A DNA stretch of 63,365 nt, filler included, from Basidiobolus ranarum (Eukaryota), in NCBI GenBank assembly GCA_040143965.1. It is 30 parts of 30 records of this genome, joined end to end, with 100 filler letters (N's around TTAATTAATTAA, not from the genome) between each part and the next. Parts side by side here need not be neighbours in the genome. Positions count along the whole stretch, not along the records: positions 50,815 to 52,824 come from JASJQH010010802.1; positions 52,925 to 54,933 come from JASJQH010010803.1; positions 55,034 to 57,042 come from JASJQH010010804.1; positions 57,143 to 59,150 come from JASJQH010010805.1; positions 59,251 to 61,258 come from JASJQH010010806.1; positions 61,359 to 63,365 come from JASJQH010010807.1; 24 more parts are not named here. One strand, written 5' to 3'. The translations under genes were made by a program, and so were the position numbers. Positions 50,715-63,274 of the stretch are shown here, piece by piece (position 1 is the first letter of the stretch; each line of letters opens with the position of its first letter). The notes beneath the pieces are model-generated. The model ran no database searches and was not told where the DNA came from. It saw only the letters and a program-made list of their open reading frames with translations.

Positions 50715-50814
50715 NNNNNNNNNNNNNNNNNNNNNNNNNNNNNNNNNNNNNNNNNNNNTTAATTAATTAANNNNNNNNNNNNNNNNNNNNNNNNNNNNNN
50801 NNNNNNNNNNNNNN

Positions 50815-51390
50815 CTTCTATGCCATACTGAGGAAAGCAAATTCAACCAATCTCAAGTTGAATTCTTTGGATATTACATCACCCCATCAGGCATCTCCAT
50901 GGGCCCTAAGAAGGCTGCAGCTGTTCTGTCTTGGGCTACTCCCAAGAATGTGAAGGATGTTCAATCTTTCCTTGGATTTGCAAATTTTTACCAATGGCTT
51001 GTCAAGTACTACTCCTAGATATCTGCTCCATTAACAAACCTAACCAACAAAGAAATCCCATTTAACTGGCACCCATCTTGCCAACAAGCATTTGTAACTT
51101 TAGAGAATGCTTTTACCTCAGCATCAATCCTGGCACACCCCAAACTAGACAAGCCATTTATTGTCAAAACTGATACATAGGACTTTGCTCTAGGAGCAGT
51201 ACTGTCACAGTATGGTAATGGAATAATAAGAATCTTCAGAATTTTAGTACAACTAAAGTTCTCAACTGACATCATACAAGATGGTCTTTATTTCATGCCA
51301 TTTTGGATTTTGTGATTATATATTGACCAGGTAGCCAGCAAGGAAAACCTTATGCCTTATTATGTAGAGCAGAATACCAGCCTAAAGAAG
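50815..51390 (+). mobile_element. Ty3/gypsy RT-RNase H remnant
   Basis: Collinear with 2420-3130 with an internal deletion. Cut off by the TIR at 51391. Confidence 0.9.
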
Positions 51391-52713
51391 CCCTAACAAG
51401 AATAAAAGCATTTTGATCCAGTTTGGATCCACCCTTGTGGATTGCACTACTGTCAGAGAGCCAACACAATATTGGTGGCTTGCATTCTGCCAGGAATTTT
51501 GATAGTGTCACAGTGGTTTCTTGACAGTATTTTGATGGTATTCATAAATGTTAAAATATTGATCATGTTATTTGACATGCATTATTTGATTTCTGGCAAT
51601 TTTTGCAAAAAACTAATTTTTGAATAGCAAATTAGTAGGTTTACTACTGTAAAAATTTGAATTAATATGCATGCCTTTATTTTTATATTTTGGGCTTTGT
51701 ATTCCAGCCATAATGAGAATCAAAAAATACTGAAATCTTGTTGTGTTTAGTATCTACATATGTACATACTTGACTGACCAGACATAACTCAACAACATCA
51801 GTATGCTTTGCTGGCAAATTAATGGTGGAAAAATTGCTAAACATCTGAAATTTTGAATAGCACTGATACTTGGCCAAAAGCTGACTCTTGTTACCGTTCA
51901 CAATGAGAATAAGCTCTTGGATTTTGGCAAATTTCTGTCAAGAATTCAGCCAAAATATTCCCTACTTGCAGTCAACAAATGTCCTGCCACAGGCAGCTGT
52001 GTCATTGCTTGAATAGATTACCCCATGGCTAAGACAATAATACTGCATATCTTGATCTATCTCATGAAGAAATCTGTCTTGCAGCTTTCCCAGAAATACC
52101 TTCAGATTATCACACAAACAAATTGTTCCAAATTATAGAAGTAGTTACTCTGTGTCCATGGATTGGATTTTGTTGCTGTTATTGTGCTCAAACAATGCAA
52201 AAACCCATGAGCACATTAAAAAGAGCCCTTTGTTGGAAAGTTAATATACTCTGGAGTCACCATAACCCATTGCATTACATCCATCACAGATTTTGCTGCT
52301 ACATTATTAATCAGATTAGCATATGCCCTAACAAAAATAAAATTGATTTGATCCAGACTCAAATCCACCCTTCTAAATCACAAAACCATCAGAAAACTGT
52401 ACAATATTGGTGACTTGCATTTGGCCAGGGATTTTGATGATATGACAGTGGTTTCTTGATGGTATTATAATGGTATTCATGCATGTTAAAATATTGATCC
52501 ACATATTTGGCATGCTTTATTAGTTTCTGGCAATTTTTGCATAATGTAAGTTTGGAATGGCAAATTACTGGGTTTACTGCTGTAGGAATTCAAATTAATA
52601 TGCATTCCTTAATTTAGATATTTTAGGCTTTGTATTCCAGCCATAATAAGAGTCCAAAAATATAAGAATCTTGTTGTGTTTAGTCTCTGCATATACCCAT
52701 ACTTGACTGATCA
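51391..52713 (-). mobile_element. Two nested right ends of the DNA transposon (TIRs at 51391 and 52326)
   Basis: CCCTAACAAGAAT and CCCTAACAAAAAT each begin the same subterminal sequence. The second interrupts the first copy's transposase at YANLINNV. Confidence 0.88.
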
Positions 52714-52824
52714 TGTTGAAGTTTATTGTCTTTATCATATATGTTATCCCTATCTTTATACACCTAACTATTTCATATATCACATATTAGTTAGTCAACA
52801 TTATTTAGTCAAATATCACTTAGC
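52714..52824 (+). repeat. LTR family B 5' part
   Basis: TGTTGAAGTTTATTGTCTTTATCAT matches 25508. Confidence 0.88.
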
Positions 52825-52924
52825 NNNNNNNNNNNNNNNNNNNNNNNNNNNNNNNNNNNNNNNNNNNNTTAATTAATTAANNNNNNNNNNNNNNNNNNNN
52901 NNNNNNNNNNNNNNNNNNNNNNNN

Positions 52925-54933
52925 TTTGTATTTGGATAGTAGTAATGTGTATGCCTGATTGAGTAGACTCCATTGATTTGACAAAATCTACAGCATGAGA
53001 GTGAATTGTGCCCACAAAAACCTCCAAGTTTACTAATGGCAGGAGTGTCACCAATACATACAATAATATTAGCTTTAATAAAATATTCACCCATCTGAAC
53101 CCGATTAGATAACCATTCAAATTCCACAATCAAAGGCCCCAAGAAGCTATCTATAAGCACTGGTGATTTAGGTCCAGATTTGATGGATAGTATCAAAATT
53201 TTATGAATCTTATACAATTCAGAAGAAGGAATATTTAACTTAATTTAAATTATTGGCCAGCAAGCCTTTCCAAAGGTATTTTTGCTCTGCAAGAAACCAT
53301 CCGGAACCAATGCAAATGCATGATCATATATGTTCTCAAAGAAACCTTGACTTTTCAGATTCTTGTAGTGATATCCGTCAAGTATATTGGTAATACCATC
53401 AGGTTCATGGTGAGTACTTTGGTATTGGATCAATTATCTATATTTGGGTGATTTCATCAAAACTTTAAGATGGTGAATCAATGGTATTTAAGCCAAATAT
53501 GAGCAATATTTACCTGATTCAGTGATTGCCTATGGTGTGCAGACAGTACATGACTTCAGGTTTTTTTAGATCACCGGTCAAAGACAAACAACCATTTGGA
53601 CATGAAGGTAGTTTAATTATTGATGGATTAAAAGTCATACAATTGACAGGTGTTTTCCACTTGTACCAGGCCTGTGGCAAGCAACAGCTGCTAATGAACT
53701 GAGGTAAAGCTCTAAGAAAACCAACAAACACCTGGTTGCTAAGATTGGATTGAACTCTCCACTCCTCAAAAATCAAAGCTGCTTCCTTTACTGCAAGTGT
53801 TGTGAGTATACCAATGCTTGCCGGTAACAAAGAGTCCCAAGCAAAACCATTGTCTACTTCTTCAACTTCCGATATTCTACCATCAGTACCGGAATAAGCA
53901 AGGTCAACATCTAGCAGCATGTCCTTAAAGTTGTTCTGGACTTACTGGTTTGACCAAAGTTGCATTTCTATCTACATCATTCTGGTCAAATAACTGTGCT
54001 AACTCCACTGTATCTTGACTTTTGGCATTACATCAAGTTTACCATCTGAAAATTTCAATGCCATTCAAAAAGCATTAAAAATCTAGGTCAAAATCAGCTT
54101 CCAAGCCAAAGCCTGCTGGTACAAAAGGAAAAAAAACCAGCAAGAACAGAGGACTAAATTGATGAGCAGTCTAGCAATCAACTATCCACTTTGGAAGGCA
54201 TTAACATGCCAGAAATTAAATGAAGTAATGATGAAGCATTAATGAACTTACCAGATGTGTTCCTTTCCAGCAATAGTGCAAGTAAAAAGATTCTAATTGC
54301 CTGATTATATAGTAAATCAACAGTTGAGCAAAGTTCAACCAAAACACCACCAAGACCATCAACTTCTAACATGGCTACTTTGCTCACTATTGAGCAACCC
54401 TTCACAGAAAATATGGATAGAGTTATTACAACAAGAGAATTGCAGGCCAAATACCATATTGATTTGTATGCTATTAAAAGTAAAAACTACAAAGTCACTA
54501 TACAGGCCATGATTAGTAATAATGCCACAACATTGCAATTAATGCAGGATTTGGAAGCAACTAGTCAACAGTTAGACAGTCACTCAATAATGATACAAGA
54601 CCTTTAGAATGCTGTACTTGAGCTACAGCATCATACTGCCTCCTCCATCCATTCTCATATGGGATTTCAATCAATCCTGCACCATACATATGAACATCGC
54701 TGTGACAATCTAGCAGAGCAAAATATGTGTTGGATCATTAAGCCTAAACACCAACCTGAAATTGCTTGGGCATATGAGAGTAGAAATCTCGTAGGAAAGC
54801 CGGCAAACCAAAAGACTCTGAATGTCAGAGCTGCTGTCACTTGCTCTGATGGAGAGTGGTTTAACGTTTTGGAAACTGTGCAGAATCTTGCCCAAAACCA
54901 CCTGGATTTGAGCCAATTGTGGAAAAACTAAAA
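52925..54933. mobile_element. DNA transposon centre: transposase N-terminal half (-, to ~54040) and divergent ORF2 N-terminal half (+, from ~54100)
   Basis: Minus strand: CPNGC, PDGF, GPKSP, IGDTPA, CCRFC. Plus strand: DEQSSNQLS...SDGEWFNVLETVQNLAQNHLDLSQLWKN. Same arrangement as 6580-8395. Confidence 0.88.
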
Positions 54934-55033
54934 NNNNNNNNNNNNNNNNNNNNNNNNNNNNNNNNNNNNNNNNNNNNTTAATTAATTAANNNNNNNNNNN
55001 NNNNNNNNNNNNNNNNNNNNNNNNNNNNNNNNN

Positions 55034-55386
55034 GGTTGGAGAGCCATGAGCTTTATTTGCTAGTGTTTTGGCTTGTTGAGAGGTGCCAGGTGTTTGATAA
55101 ACTTCCAAATTCAGCACTCTTCCAACTGGTGCACCAGGTTCTATGGTGAAATTAAGCTTTTTTGCCAGTATATCTGACTCTGGAAAGGCAGATCTTTGTA
55201 ATGGTGTGAAGAATTTGGCAAGCGGGACAGTAGAGCCTAAACTCACTGGCTCCTTTGCATTTCCCTTTGATTTACTAACTTCCTGCTCCTTCAGTACTTC
55301 TTTAGCTGCTTTTCTTTCTTTTCCAAGTTGATAATTGCATACATTTTTGAGATGTTTCATGAATAGGCCTATACTTGCCCAATTGA
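55034..55386 (-). mobile_element. DNA transposon ORF2 middle segment
   Basis: NWASIGLFMKHLKNVCNYQLGKERKAAKE... is collinear with 6600-6960. Confidence 0.8.
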
Positions 55387-56091
55387 ATGGCTGAGGAACT
55401 ACCACCTTACTGTGAAGATGATACTATGTTAGCACTTGAAGACAACCCTTTCATACTACAAGACTGGAGCCTTATGAAAGGACACTTGCTAGAAAACTAT
55501 GGAGAACCCTGCCATTCCTACTCAATCTATGACTTGGAAGACTTTGCCAAAACCAGCTTATCAAAGATGCCTACCAAACAATATATCCAAGAACTTGAAA
55601 GTATTGGAGCACCTTTGATCCAACAAGGTGTTATCACTGAAGTTACCCTTACTATATACTTATTGAATGCTTTACCCCAACACCTACTGACAAAAGTAGA
55701 TCAAGAAACTACCGGCCAATCAGCCTCTGATATTCCATCTCTTGCTAGTGTGAAGAAAGTCCTCCTAGCAAGTCAGGAGAACTCAGCACTCATGAAGATG
55801 CTCCAGAAGAGCAGGGAACAACAACAACCAAGACCAAAAGAACCTTTGACACAAAACAGAACAGTTGATGTTGAGGAAGAACTATCCAACATTAGCAAGA
55901 AACTTGAACATCTCACTTTGAAGATTGAGAGCAAGTCCTACCAAGGAGGAACCTATCAATTTTCCTACCCATCTAATTGTGTATGGTGTGACTCAACCAA
56001 GCATTCCAAGAAGGACTGTCCTGAATTGAATGAACTACTTGACAAAGGAGAGCTCCAATTGGACTCAGGCGGCCTTGCACACAGATATTAA
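55387..56091 (+). mobile_element. Retrotransposon (gypsy-like) Gag fragment with CCHC zinc knuckle
   Basis: CVWCDSTKHSKKDC (CX2CX4HX4C) after a helical/coiled region. CpG-poor. Confidence 0.78.
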
Positions 56092-56883
56092 ATTCTTGAC
56101 AATATCTGGAACATGTAGTACATTCTTAAAACTACACACTTTCTCTTCAGAAGCTCCAGTCAAATTGACCTGAATTGTTCCCATTCCAATGGCTTCCAAT
56201 CAGTGGTCATCACCCATAAAAACCTTTCTATTTGAGATATCTTCATATTTCACAAACCAATATTCCTCAAGTGTGCAATATTGGGAGGCTCCAGAATCAA
56301 TATACCACACCTGAGAATCCTTGTTGGTAGTCATAGATAGAGCAGATATGAACAAGTGATCTTCTGTTATAGCCATATTTCCAGATTCAGTAAGTTTTTC
56401 TGCTTTTATAATTCTTTTAACACATTCTTTGCATAAACAGCAAGTTCTTTTACATTAATCACAGAATGTATTACTTTTCTTAAAGTGCTTTTGACCTTTA
56501 TGCCAAGATTATCCATAGGCTATTAAAACATTTTCTTCATTCTTTTGGTTAGATACTAATTTGCATAAATCTTCATCCAGCAGTCTGCCAAATACATAAC
56601 TTAAGGTCAATTTTTCAGATCTTGATTCAGGAGCCATTTCAAGGCTCTGGAACTCTTATGGCAGACCATTGATGAATGTAGCTATGATATCTTGATCAGT
56701 GGTAGGTACTTCAATCCCTTCCACTTCATCCACTAAAATATTGACTCTATTGATTAGTGATTTAATGTCTTCTCCTGGCTTCATCTTTGAGTTAAAGAAT
56801 TGTTCTCTTATAAACATCATGTTGGCAACAGAGCATGTTTGGTAGGTGTCTTCCAAGGCTTTCCATACCTTCTTGGCAGTTTT
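56092..56883 (-). mobile_element. Ty1/copia gag-protease remnant
   Basis: TAKKVWKALEDTY...MKPGEDIKSLINRV...NGLP, a decayed zinc knuckle, and WYIDSGASQ. Confidence 0.9.
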
Positions 56884-57042
56884 TGTTGAAATTAGCATTG
56901 CCTAAACACCTATATAGTCATATATAGCTTGGTACTTAGTTATCTTATAATTCACTAAGATATTATCAATTATTCTCAATTGGAATTTACTTAGAATATT
57001 TTTACCAACTTAGAAGTTCTCAGATATATAGATTTTTCAAAC
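56884..57042 (+). repeat. LTR family A 5' part inserted in copia gag
   Basis: TGTTGAAATTAGCATTGCCTAA matches the LTR-A start. Confidence 0.9.
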
Positions 57043-57142
57043 NNNNNNNNNNNNNNNNNNNNNNNNNNNNNNNNNNNNNNNNNNNNTTAATTAATTAANN
57101 NNNNNNNNNNNNNNNNNNNNNNNNNNNNNNNNNNNNNNNNNN

Positions 57143-57800
57143 TTGATAAGGAAATTTCTGGCTTTCATTTGAATCCAGGAATGTCTGATTTGAGCCATTT
57201 TTGGTCAAGATAAGATTTGCCTCCATTGGGGTAGACACTGGATTACATTCTTCCATTTCAAACTTCTTTAGTATATCTAGGATGAACTTGGACTGGTTTA
57301 AAGTTATTGTTTTGTTAGTTCTTTCTATCTTAATTTGGACTCCAAGATAATATGTCAGTTCAGCAAGAGCAGTCATTTTGAATTTGGCATATAAGCAGGA
57401 TTTGGTTTTCTCCTATGTCTTCAAGTCATTGGTTGCTATAATATATTATAGATTTCCATTCAGAAAGGCAGTTTTTGTATCCATTTGATATAAATCAAGG
57501 TTATGGATGGCTGACAGTGCCAGGATTGATCTAATGCAGCCAACTTAACTGCTGGAGCAAAAGTTTGATTAAAAGCAACACCTGGAGTCAGGGTATAACC
57601 TTTTGCGACTAATCTTGCTTTGTACCTTTCTACAGTTCTATCAGCTTAGTTTTTGACTTTGTACACCCATTTGCAACCTTGTTGCATTCTTTGTGATTTC
57701 AGAGGACTTAAAACCCAAGTTTAATAGTCCTGATGTTAAGAAAACTCATCCAACATTTCTTTATCCCATAATTTCGATTCTGGACACTCCAAAGCTGGAT
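57143..57800 (-). mobile_element. Ty1/copia RT remnants (two joined pieces)
   Basis: RYKARLVAKGY, QMDTKTAFLNG, ECNPVSTPME. Confidence 0.9.
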
Positions 57801-57805
57801 ACAGA

Positions 57806-59150
57806 GTGTGTTTGAATTCCATGATCATGGGCTCCAAGAATCTACTTATAAGCACTAGTGATTTAGGCAAAGATATGAAGGATAGTATCCAAATATCATG
57901 ACTCTCAAACCATTCAGAAGGAGGAAGATTTGAGTTAATTAAAAATTGTTGGGTAGCAAGCCTTTCCAATGGTATATTTGTTTATTGGGAAACCATCCAG
58001 AGCCAATGCAAATGCTTGATCATATGTCTTCTCAAAGAAATCTTGACTTTTCCAATTCTGGTACTTATCCATCAAGTAGATTGATAATACCTATAGCTTT
58101 ATGGTGGGAACTTTAGTACCAGAACAATGATCTCTGTTTGGGTCATTTCATCAAAATTTTAACACAAGGAATCTACAAAATATGTGCTAAATATGAACAA
58201 TATATACCTAAAATAGTACATATTCAATACATTCAGTCTTTGCATATAAATAAATGCCTAGATGAGTTGATATTGATGGAAGTTCTGGTAAAATATGCAG
58301 CTATCTTGATGTTTTTAAGCTTTTTCCCAATATATTCAAACTTTGATCTTATCTTGAATGGCTCATTCAGATTCAAAGTTTCCACCTTACAGTGGAGTAA
58401 GTATTATTGAAATGTTGTCAAATAGTAAGTGGATAATGCCTAATGAGAAACTCTGGCTTCCACTGATCACCTTTGGCAATAAACTCTTAGGCTAATGGCT
58501 AATCCCAAATTTAATGCTAGACTGACTATTTGGTGAATTTGATATCAGTACTCATGTTGAAATCTGAATGGCCTTTTGACAGTATAATCATGGAGTCAAG
58601 AGTTGTATTTGGATAGTAGTAATGTGTATTATTGCTGGTGTAAATTCCATCGAATTGACAAGACCTACAGCAAGATAGTTGATTCTACCCATGAAAACTT
58701 TCAACATTACTGATGGCATGAATGTCACCAGTACAAGTAAAGGTACTAGGTTTAAATTAATATTCACCCATTTGAACCTGCTCAGTTAACCATTCAATTT
58801 GCACAATCAAAGGCTCCAAGCAGCCATCCATAAGCACTGGTGATATAGGCCTGGATATGATGCATAGTATTAAAATATTATTACTGTTATACTATTCATA
58901 GGAGTAACAACTAGGTTTATTGAAATTATTGGCCCGCAAGCCTTTCCAATGCTATATTTGTTTAGTGAGAAACCATCCATAGCCAATATAAATGCATGAT
59001 CATATGTCTTCTCAAAGCTGTTGAAAGTCTGGTGACTTGTGGTACAAGCAGTAATTCCCAAAGAGGAAAATATGAAGTATGGTGACTGCATCTGAACACA
59101 AAGCCCTAACAAAAATAAAATCGATTTGATCCGGATCGGATCCACCCTCC
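57806..59150 (-). mobile_element. Two tandem transposase remnants and a right TIR at 59104
   Basis: The ALDGF region occurs twice (~57990, ~58975). CCCTAACAAAAATAAAATCGATTTGATCCGGATCGGATCCACCC at 59104. Confidence 0.85.
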
Positions 59151-59250
59151 NNNNNNNNNNNNNNNNNNNNNNNNNNNNNNNNNNNNNNNNNNNNTTAATT
59201 AATTAANNNNNNNNNNNNNNNNNNNNNNNNNNNNNNNNNNNNNNNNNNNN

Positions 59251-59957
59251 ATGTGATGGATAGTATCCAAATATTATGACTCTTATACTGTTCAGAAGGA
59301 GGAAAGTTTAAGTTAATTTAAATGATTGGCCAGCAAGCCCTTCCAATGGTATACTTGTTTAGCAAGAAACCATCCAGAACCAATGCAAACGCAGGATCAT
59401 ATTGGTTTTCAAAGAAACCTTGACTTTTCAAATTCTGGTAGTGATGTCCATCAAGTGTATTGGTAATACCATCAGCCTTTTGGTGAGTACTTTGGTATTA
59501 AATCAATGAACTGTATTTGGGTGATTTCAGCAAAATTTTAAGACAGGGAATCAATGGTATGTAAGCCAAATATGGATGATATTTACCTCATTCAGCGATT
59601 GCCAATTATGTGCCAACAGTACATGACTGCAGGTTTTTCATATCACCGGTGAAAGCCAAACAATCATTTGGACATGAATGTAGTTGAATTACCAAAGGAT
59701 TTTAAGTCATACAATTGATAAGTGTTTTCCACTTGTACCAGGTCTGTGGCAAGCAACAGTTACCAATTAACTGTGGCAAAAGTTTAAGAAAACCAATAAA
59801 CATCTGGTTGCTAAGATCGGATTGTGCTCTCTACTCCTCAACAATCAAAGCTGCTTCCTTTAGAGTAAGTGTTGTGAGTGTATTAATGTTTGCCAATAAC
59901 AAAGAGTTAATAACAAACCACCATCTTCTTCTTCAACTACCGATATACTTCCATTGG
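59251..59957 (-). mobile_element. Transposase N-terminal remnant
   Basis: Collinear with 53180-53885. Confidence 0.88.
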
Positions 59958-60526
59958 GGTAGTGGGGCAGCATTGCTAACGACTGACAGGTTGACTTATT
60001 TCCACTCCAAGCTCATATCAATACTATTGCACAATTTCTATTTTATTATACATATTTGACTTATCCATATTTTCTAGCCAATCATATCACACCACTAGCA
60101 ACATCCTCTATTATTTCAGGTTTATCAGTATTAACCCACATTAGCCCTAGTATTTTCAGGAGAATTTTTCAATTGTCCTGAACATTTCACAAGATTGTTA
60201 CAATATTTAATGATTGATTTGGTTTTGACCAATCAAAATTGATTTTGCCGGAACATTTCATGACTTTCTGGTTTATTCAACAACATCTTGTGATTTATGG
60301 TGTTAGCATAATCCCAGATCGCCATCAACAGAAATCTCTAAAACTATCCAGAAATTCTCATTAGTAATTATTTCAACCATTAGAAAAGTATAAATAGGTG
60401 CTATATCTTTTCAAATAGAAAACATCCTGGTTTTCAACTAACAATTACTACTTGTGATCACCCCTTGTTTTCATCGCCACTTATGAGACCTTTGAAATGA
60501 AAGCTCAAGAGAGACTACTAGAGGCA
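59958..60526 (+). repeat. Probable LTR family D, 5' part
   Basis: Begins (G)GTAGTGGGG where transposase homology stops. The last ~145 bp are shared with 36030-36173. Confidence 0.6.
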
Positions 60527-61258
60527 CTTTTTTGAATGGGGACTCAGAAGAGGATGTATTCATGGATCAACCAGATGGTTTTGTGGATCCTGAGTACCCT
60601 GAGGATGTGTGTAAGCTACAAAAATCACTTTATGGACTTAAATAGTCACCCAGAGCCTGGTATACTAAGATAGACATATACTTGGAATCACTTGAATTCC
60701 AAAAGAGTATGGTGGATTTTGGGATTTACTTTAAGACAGATTAGAACAGTAATGTAATACTTGCCTTATATGTAGATGATCTGATTATAGCTACCAATAA
60801 TGATGAAGCTCTCAGGGACACCAAAGGGATCTATCAGTCCAATTTAAGATGACCAATTTAGGTGAGCTTATGTATTTTTTAGGCTTGCAGATCCATAGAG
60901 ATATATTGAGCAAATCTATCACTTTGAATCAATTAAAATACATCTCAGACATTCTCAGATATTACCGGATGGAGAATTGTAAGCCAGTAGCAACTCCCAT
61001 GGATCCAGTTCTGAAACTAGTTAAAAAATCCCATCAAAAATGAAAATTGGCTAAATATGGCTCAAAATATGTCATTTGAAAGCCCTGAGTTCCCTTATCA
61101 ATATATGGTAGGTAGTGTGATGTAGGCTATGACTGGAACATGGCCAGATATCTCATTTGCAATGGGAGTAGTCAGCCAACATGTGCAAAACACAGGATCA
61201 GAGCATTATGCAGCAGTTAAGTGGATTTTCAGATATTTGAAGGGAAGAATTGATCTAG
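60527..61258 (+). mobile_element. Ty1/copia RT remnant
   Basis: FLNGD, LYGLK*SPRAW, LYVDDLII, PVATPMDP. Confidence 0.93.
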
Positions 61259-61358
61259 NNNNNNNNNNNNNNNNNNNNNNNNNNNNNNNNNNNNNNNNNN
61301 NNTTAATTAATTAANNNNNNNNNNNNNNNNNNNNNNNNNNNNNNNNNNNNNNNNNNNN

Positions 61359-62888
61359 CTACTATATAGCTGAGTAAGTAGCATTGGAATGTTGTTGCAT
61401 AGCACATGCTTAGTGCCCAATGGGAAGCTCTAGCGCAGCTATTCCCCTTTGGCAATATAATCTTAGGCTTATGGCTAATATCAAGTTTGATGTGAGACTA
61501 ACTTTTTTGGTGAATCAATATCAGTGATCATGTTGAAATCTGACCAGGCTCTTGATGGCAGAATCATGGAGTTCAGTGCTTTACTTGGATAGTAGTAATG
61601 CATATGCCTGATTGAGTAGACTCCATTGAATTGACAAAATCTGCAGCAAGATAGTACATTGTGCCCACAAAAACCTCTAACTTTACTGCTAGTAGGAGTG
61701 TCAGCTATACATACAATGATATTAGCTTTAATAAAATATTCACCCATCTGAACCCCATTGGATAACCATTCAAATTCCGCAATCAAAGGCTCCAAGAAGC
61801 TATCTATATGTACTGGTGATTTGGGTCCACATATGATGGATGGAATCAAAATAATACAACTCTTAAACCATTCAGAAGGAGGAATATTTAAGTAAATTCA
61901 AATTATTGGCCAGCAAGCCTTTCCAACAGTATATTTGTTTAGTGAGAAATCTTCCAGAGCCAATGAAAATGCATGATTATACATGTTCTCAAAGAGACTT
62001 GACTTCTGAGATTCTGGTAGTGATACAGGTCAAGTATATTGGTAATACCATCAGCTTAATGGTGAGTACTTTGGTATTGGATCAATGATCAATATTTGGG
62101 TTATTTCATCAAAACTTTAAGACAGGGAATCAACAATATGTAAGCCAAATATGAATATATTTACCTGATTCAGTGATTGCAAATTGTGTGCAAACAGTCA
62201 ACACCTGATCGCTCAGATTGGATTAAAAAAAGCCACACAAGCACCTTAAAGCACCCTCAGTAGAGTTGCATTAAAAGGATGTACAAGAATAGTCAAAGTG
62301 CTTGAGTAACATTTTCAAAAGTATGAAGGGGAAAATGCAATGCAAGTATGAACAAAGTGGTTGCAGAAGAAGAATATTGAACTTGGCATCCAGTCTGGTG
62401 TTGATCATGCCAATATCTGGGAAGAACTTAATACAGAGTGGTGCAATATCACAGGGTATCCACCAGATTGCTGGAACAAAGTTGATTCAGAAATGTTAAT
62501 ACAACAGTGGGCTATGATGTAGATAGTGATACAAACTAGTGCTGAATATGAGCTAAACCCTGGGTATGAAGAACTCTGTAAAAACAATCAGAAGAATATA
62601 TCAAAGAAACTAGGGATTTCAGAGGTGACAAATCAGCATTGAAGTGGTAAATGTGTAAAATTTGAGTCAAATTTTTTGCACATTTGTTGATCCATAGTTC
62701 TCTGAGATTGTAGCCAACCATTTGCAACTATTTTGCAAGATCTTGAAATTTCACTCCTGAAACCAAAATAATTGATTAAAATCAAGTTTAACTGGAAATT
62801 TTTATGACAGTTAGTCAATAGCCAATTCCAAATGGATTAAAATTGTGATGGTTTTGTTACAATAACAATCATCAAATTTCTGTTGGGG
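61359..62888. mobile_element. DNA transposon pieces: transposase (-, to ~62200), ORF2 3' end (+) and left TIR ending at 62888
   Basis: GPKSPVHIDSFLEPL, CCRFC. The end AATTTCTGTTGGGG is the TIR with one change. Confidence 0.85.
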
Positions 62889-63240
62889 GTTTGATTCAGG
62901 AGTTGCAGGTTTACTGGGTGGAGTTGGGTTCTGCACTTTAGTAAAAGAAGCACCAAAGTCTAGAATTTCTTGTTGAAGCTGAGCAAGGGCTAGCATGATA
63001 TTTTCCATTGTAGGAGATGTTATTGATATAATACCTACTATGTTGGGGGAGGGGGCAGTTTTAAACCACAAGTTTCTCCAGGAATGATAAATGCAATGCA
63101 ATGTCTGACTTTCTGCTGAAGTAATGATTGGTTCCTTGACAAAAGAATATGTTGGTATCAATGTCCTTTGATTTTGACCAAATACCAAAGCTTCTTTGAT
63201 CAAAAACAACTGAAAACTCAACCAGTGGTGTCTTGACAAG
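62889..63240 (-). mobile_element. Probable gypsy leader and gag start, interrupted by the DNA transposon
   Basis: MENIMLALAQLQQEILD...QNPTPPSKPATPESNP: a coiled segment plus Pro-rich linker, as at the start of gypsy Gag. CpG-free. Confidence 0.5.
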
Positions 63241-63274
63241 GATACACCTACTACAATTATTCAAAGGTGGAGGG

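Noticed and set aside
56656-56898. ORF start MLISTK as a gag start
   Set aside because: The first residues come from the inserted LTR-A (56884 onward), so the ORF is chimeric. ORFs 3264-3539, 34825-35319, 57736-57969 and 62811-63239 are likewise junction products.
2025-61358. Regularly spaced TTAATTAATTAA repeat every ~2.1 kb (CRISPR- or satellite-like periodicity)
   Set aside because: It is an artificial six-frame-stop linker padded with Ns that joins length-sorted contigs. Adjacency across linkers has no biological meaning.
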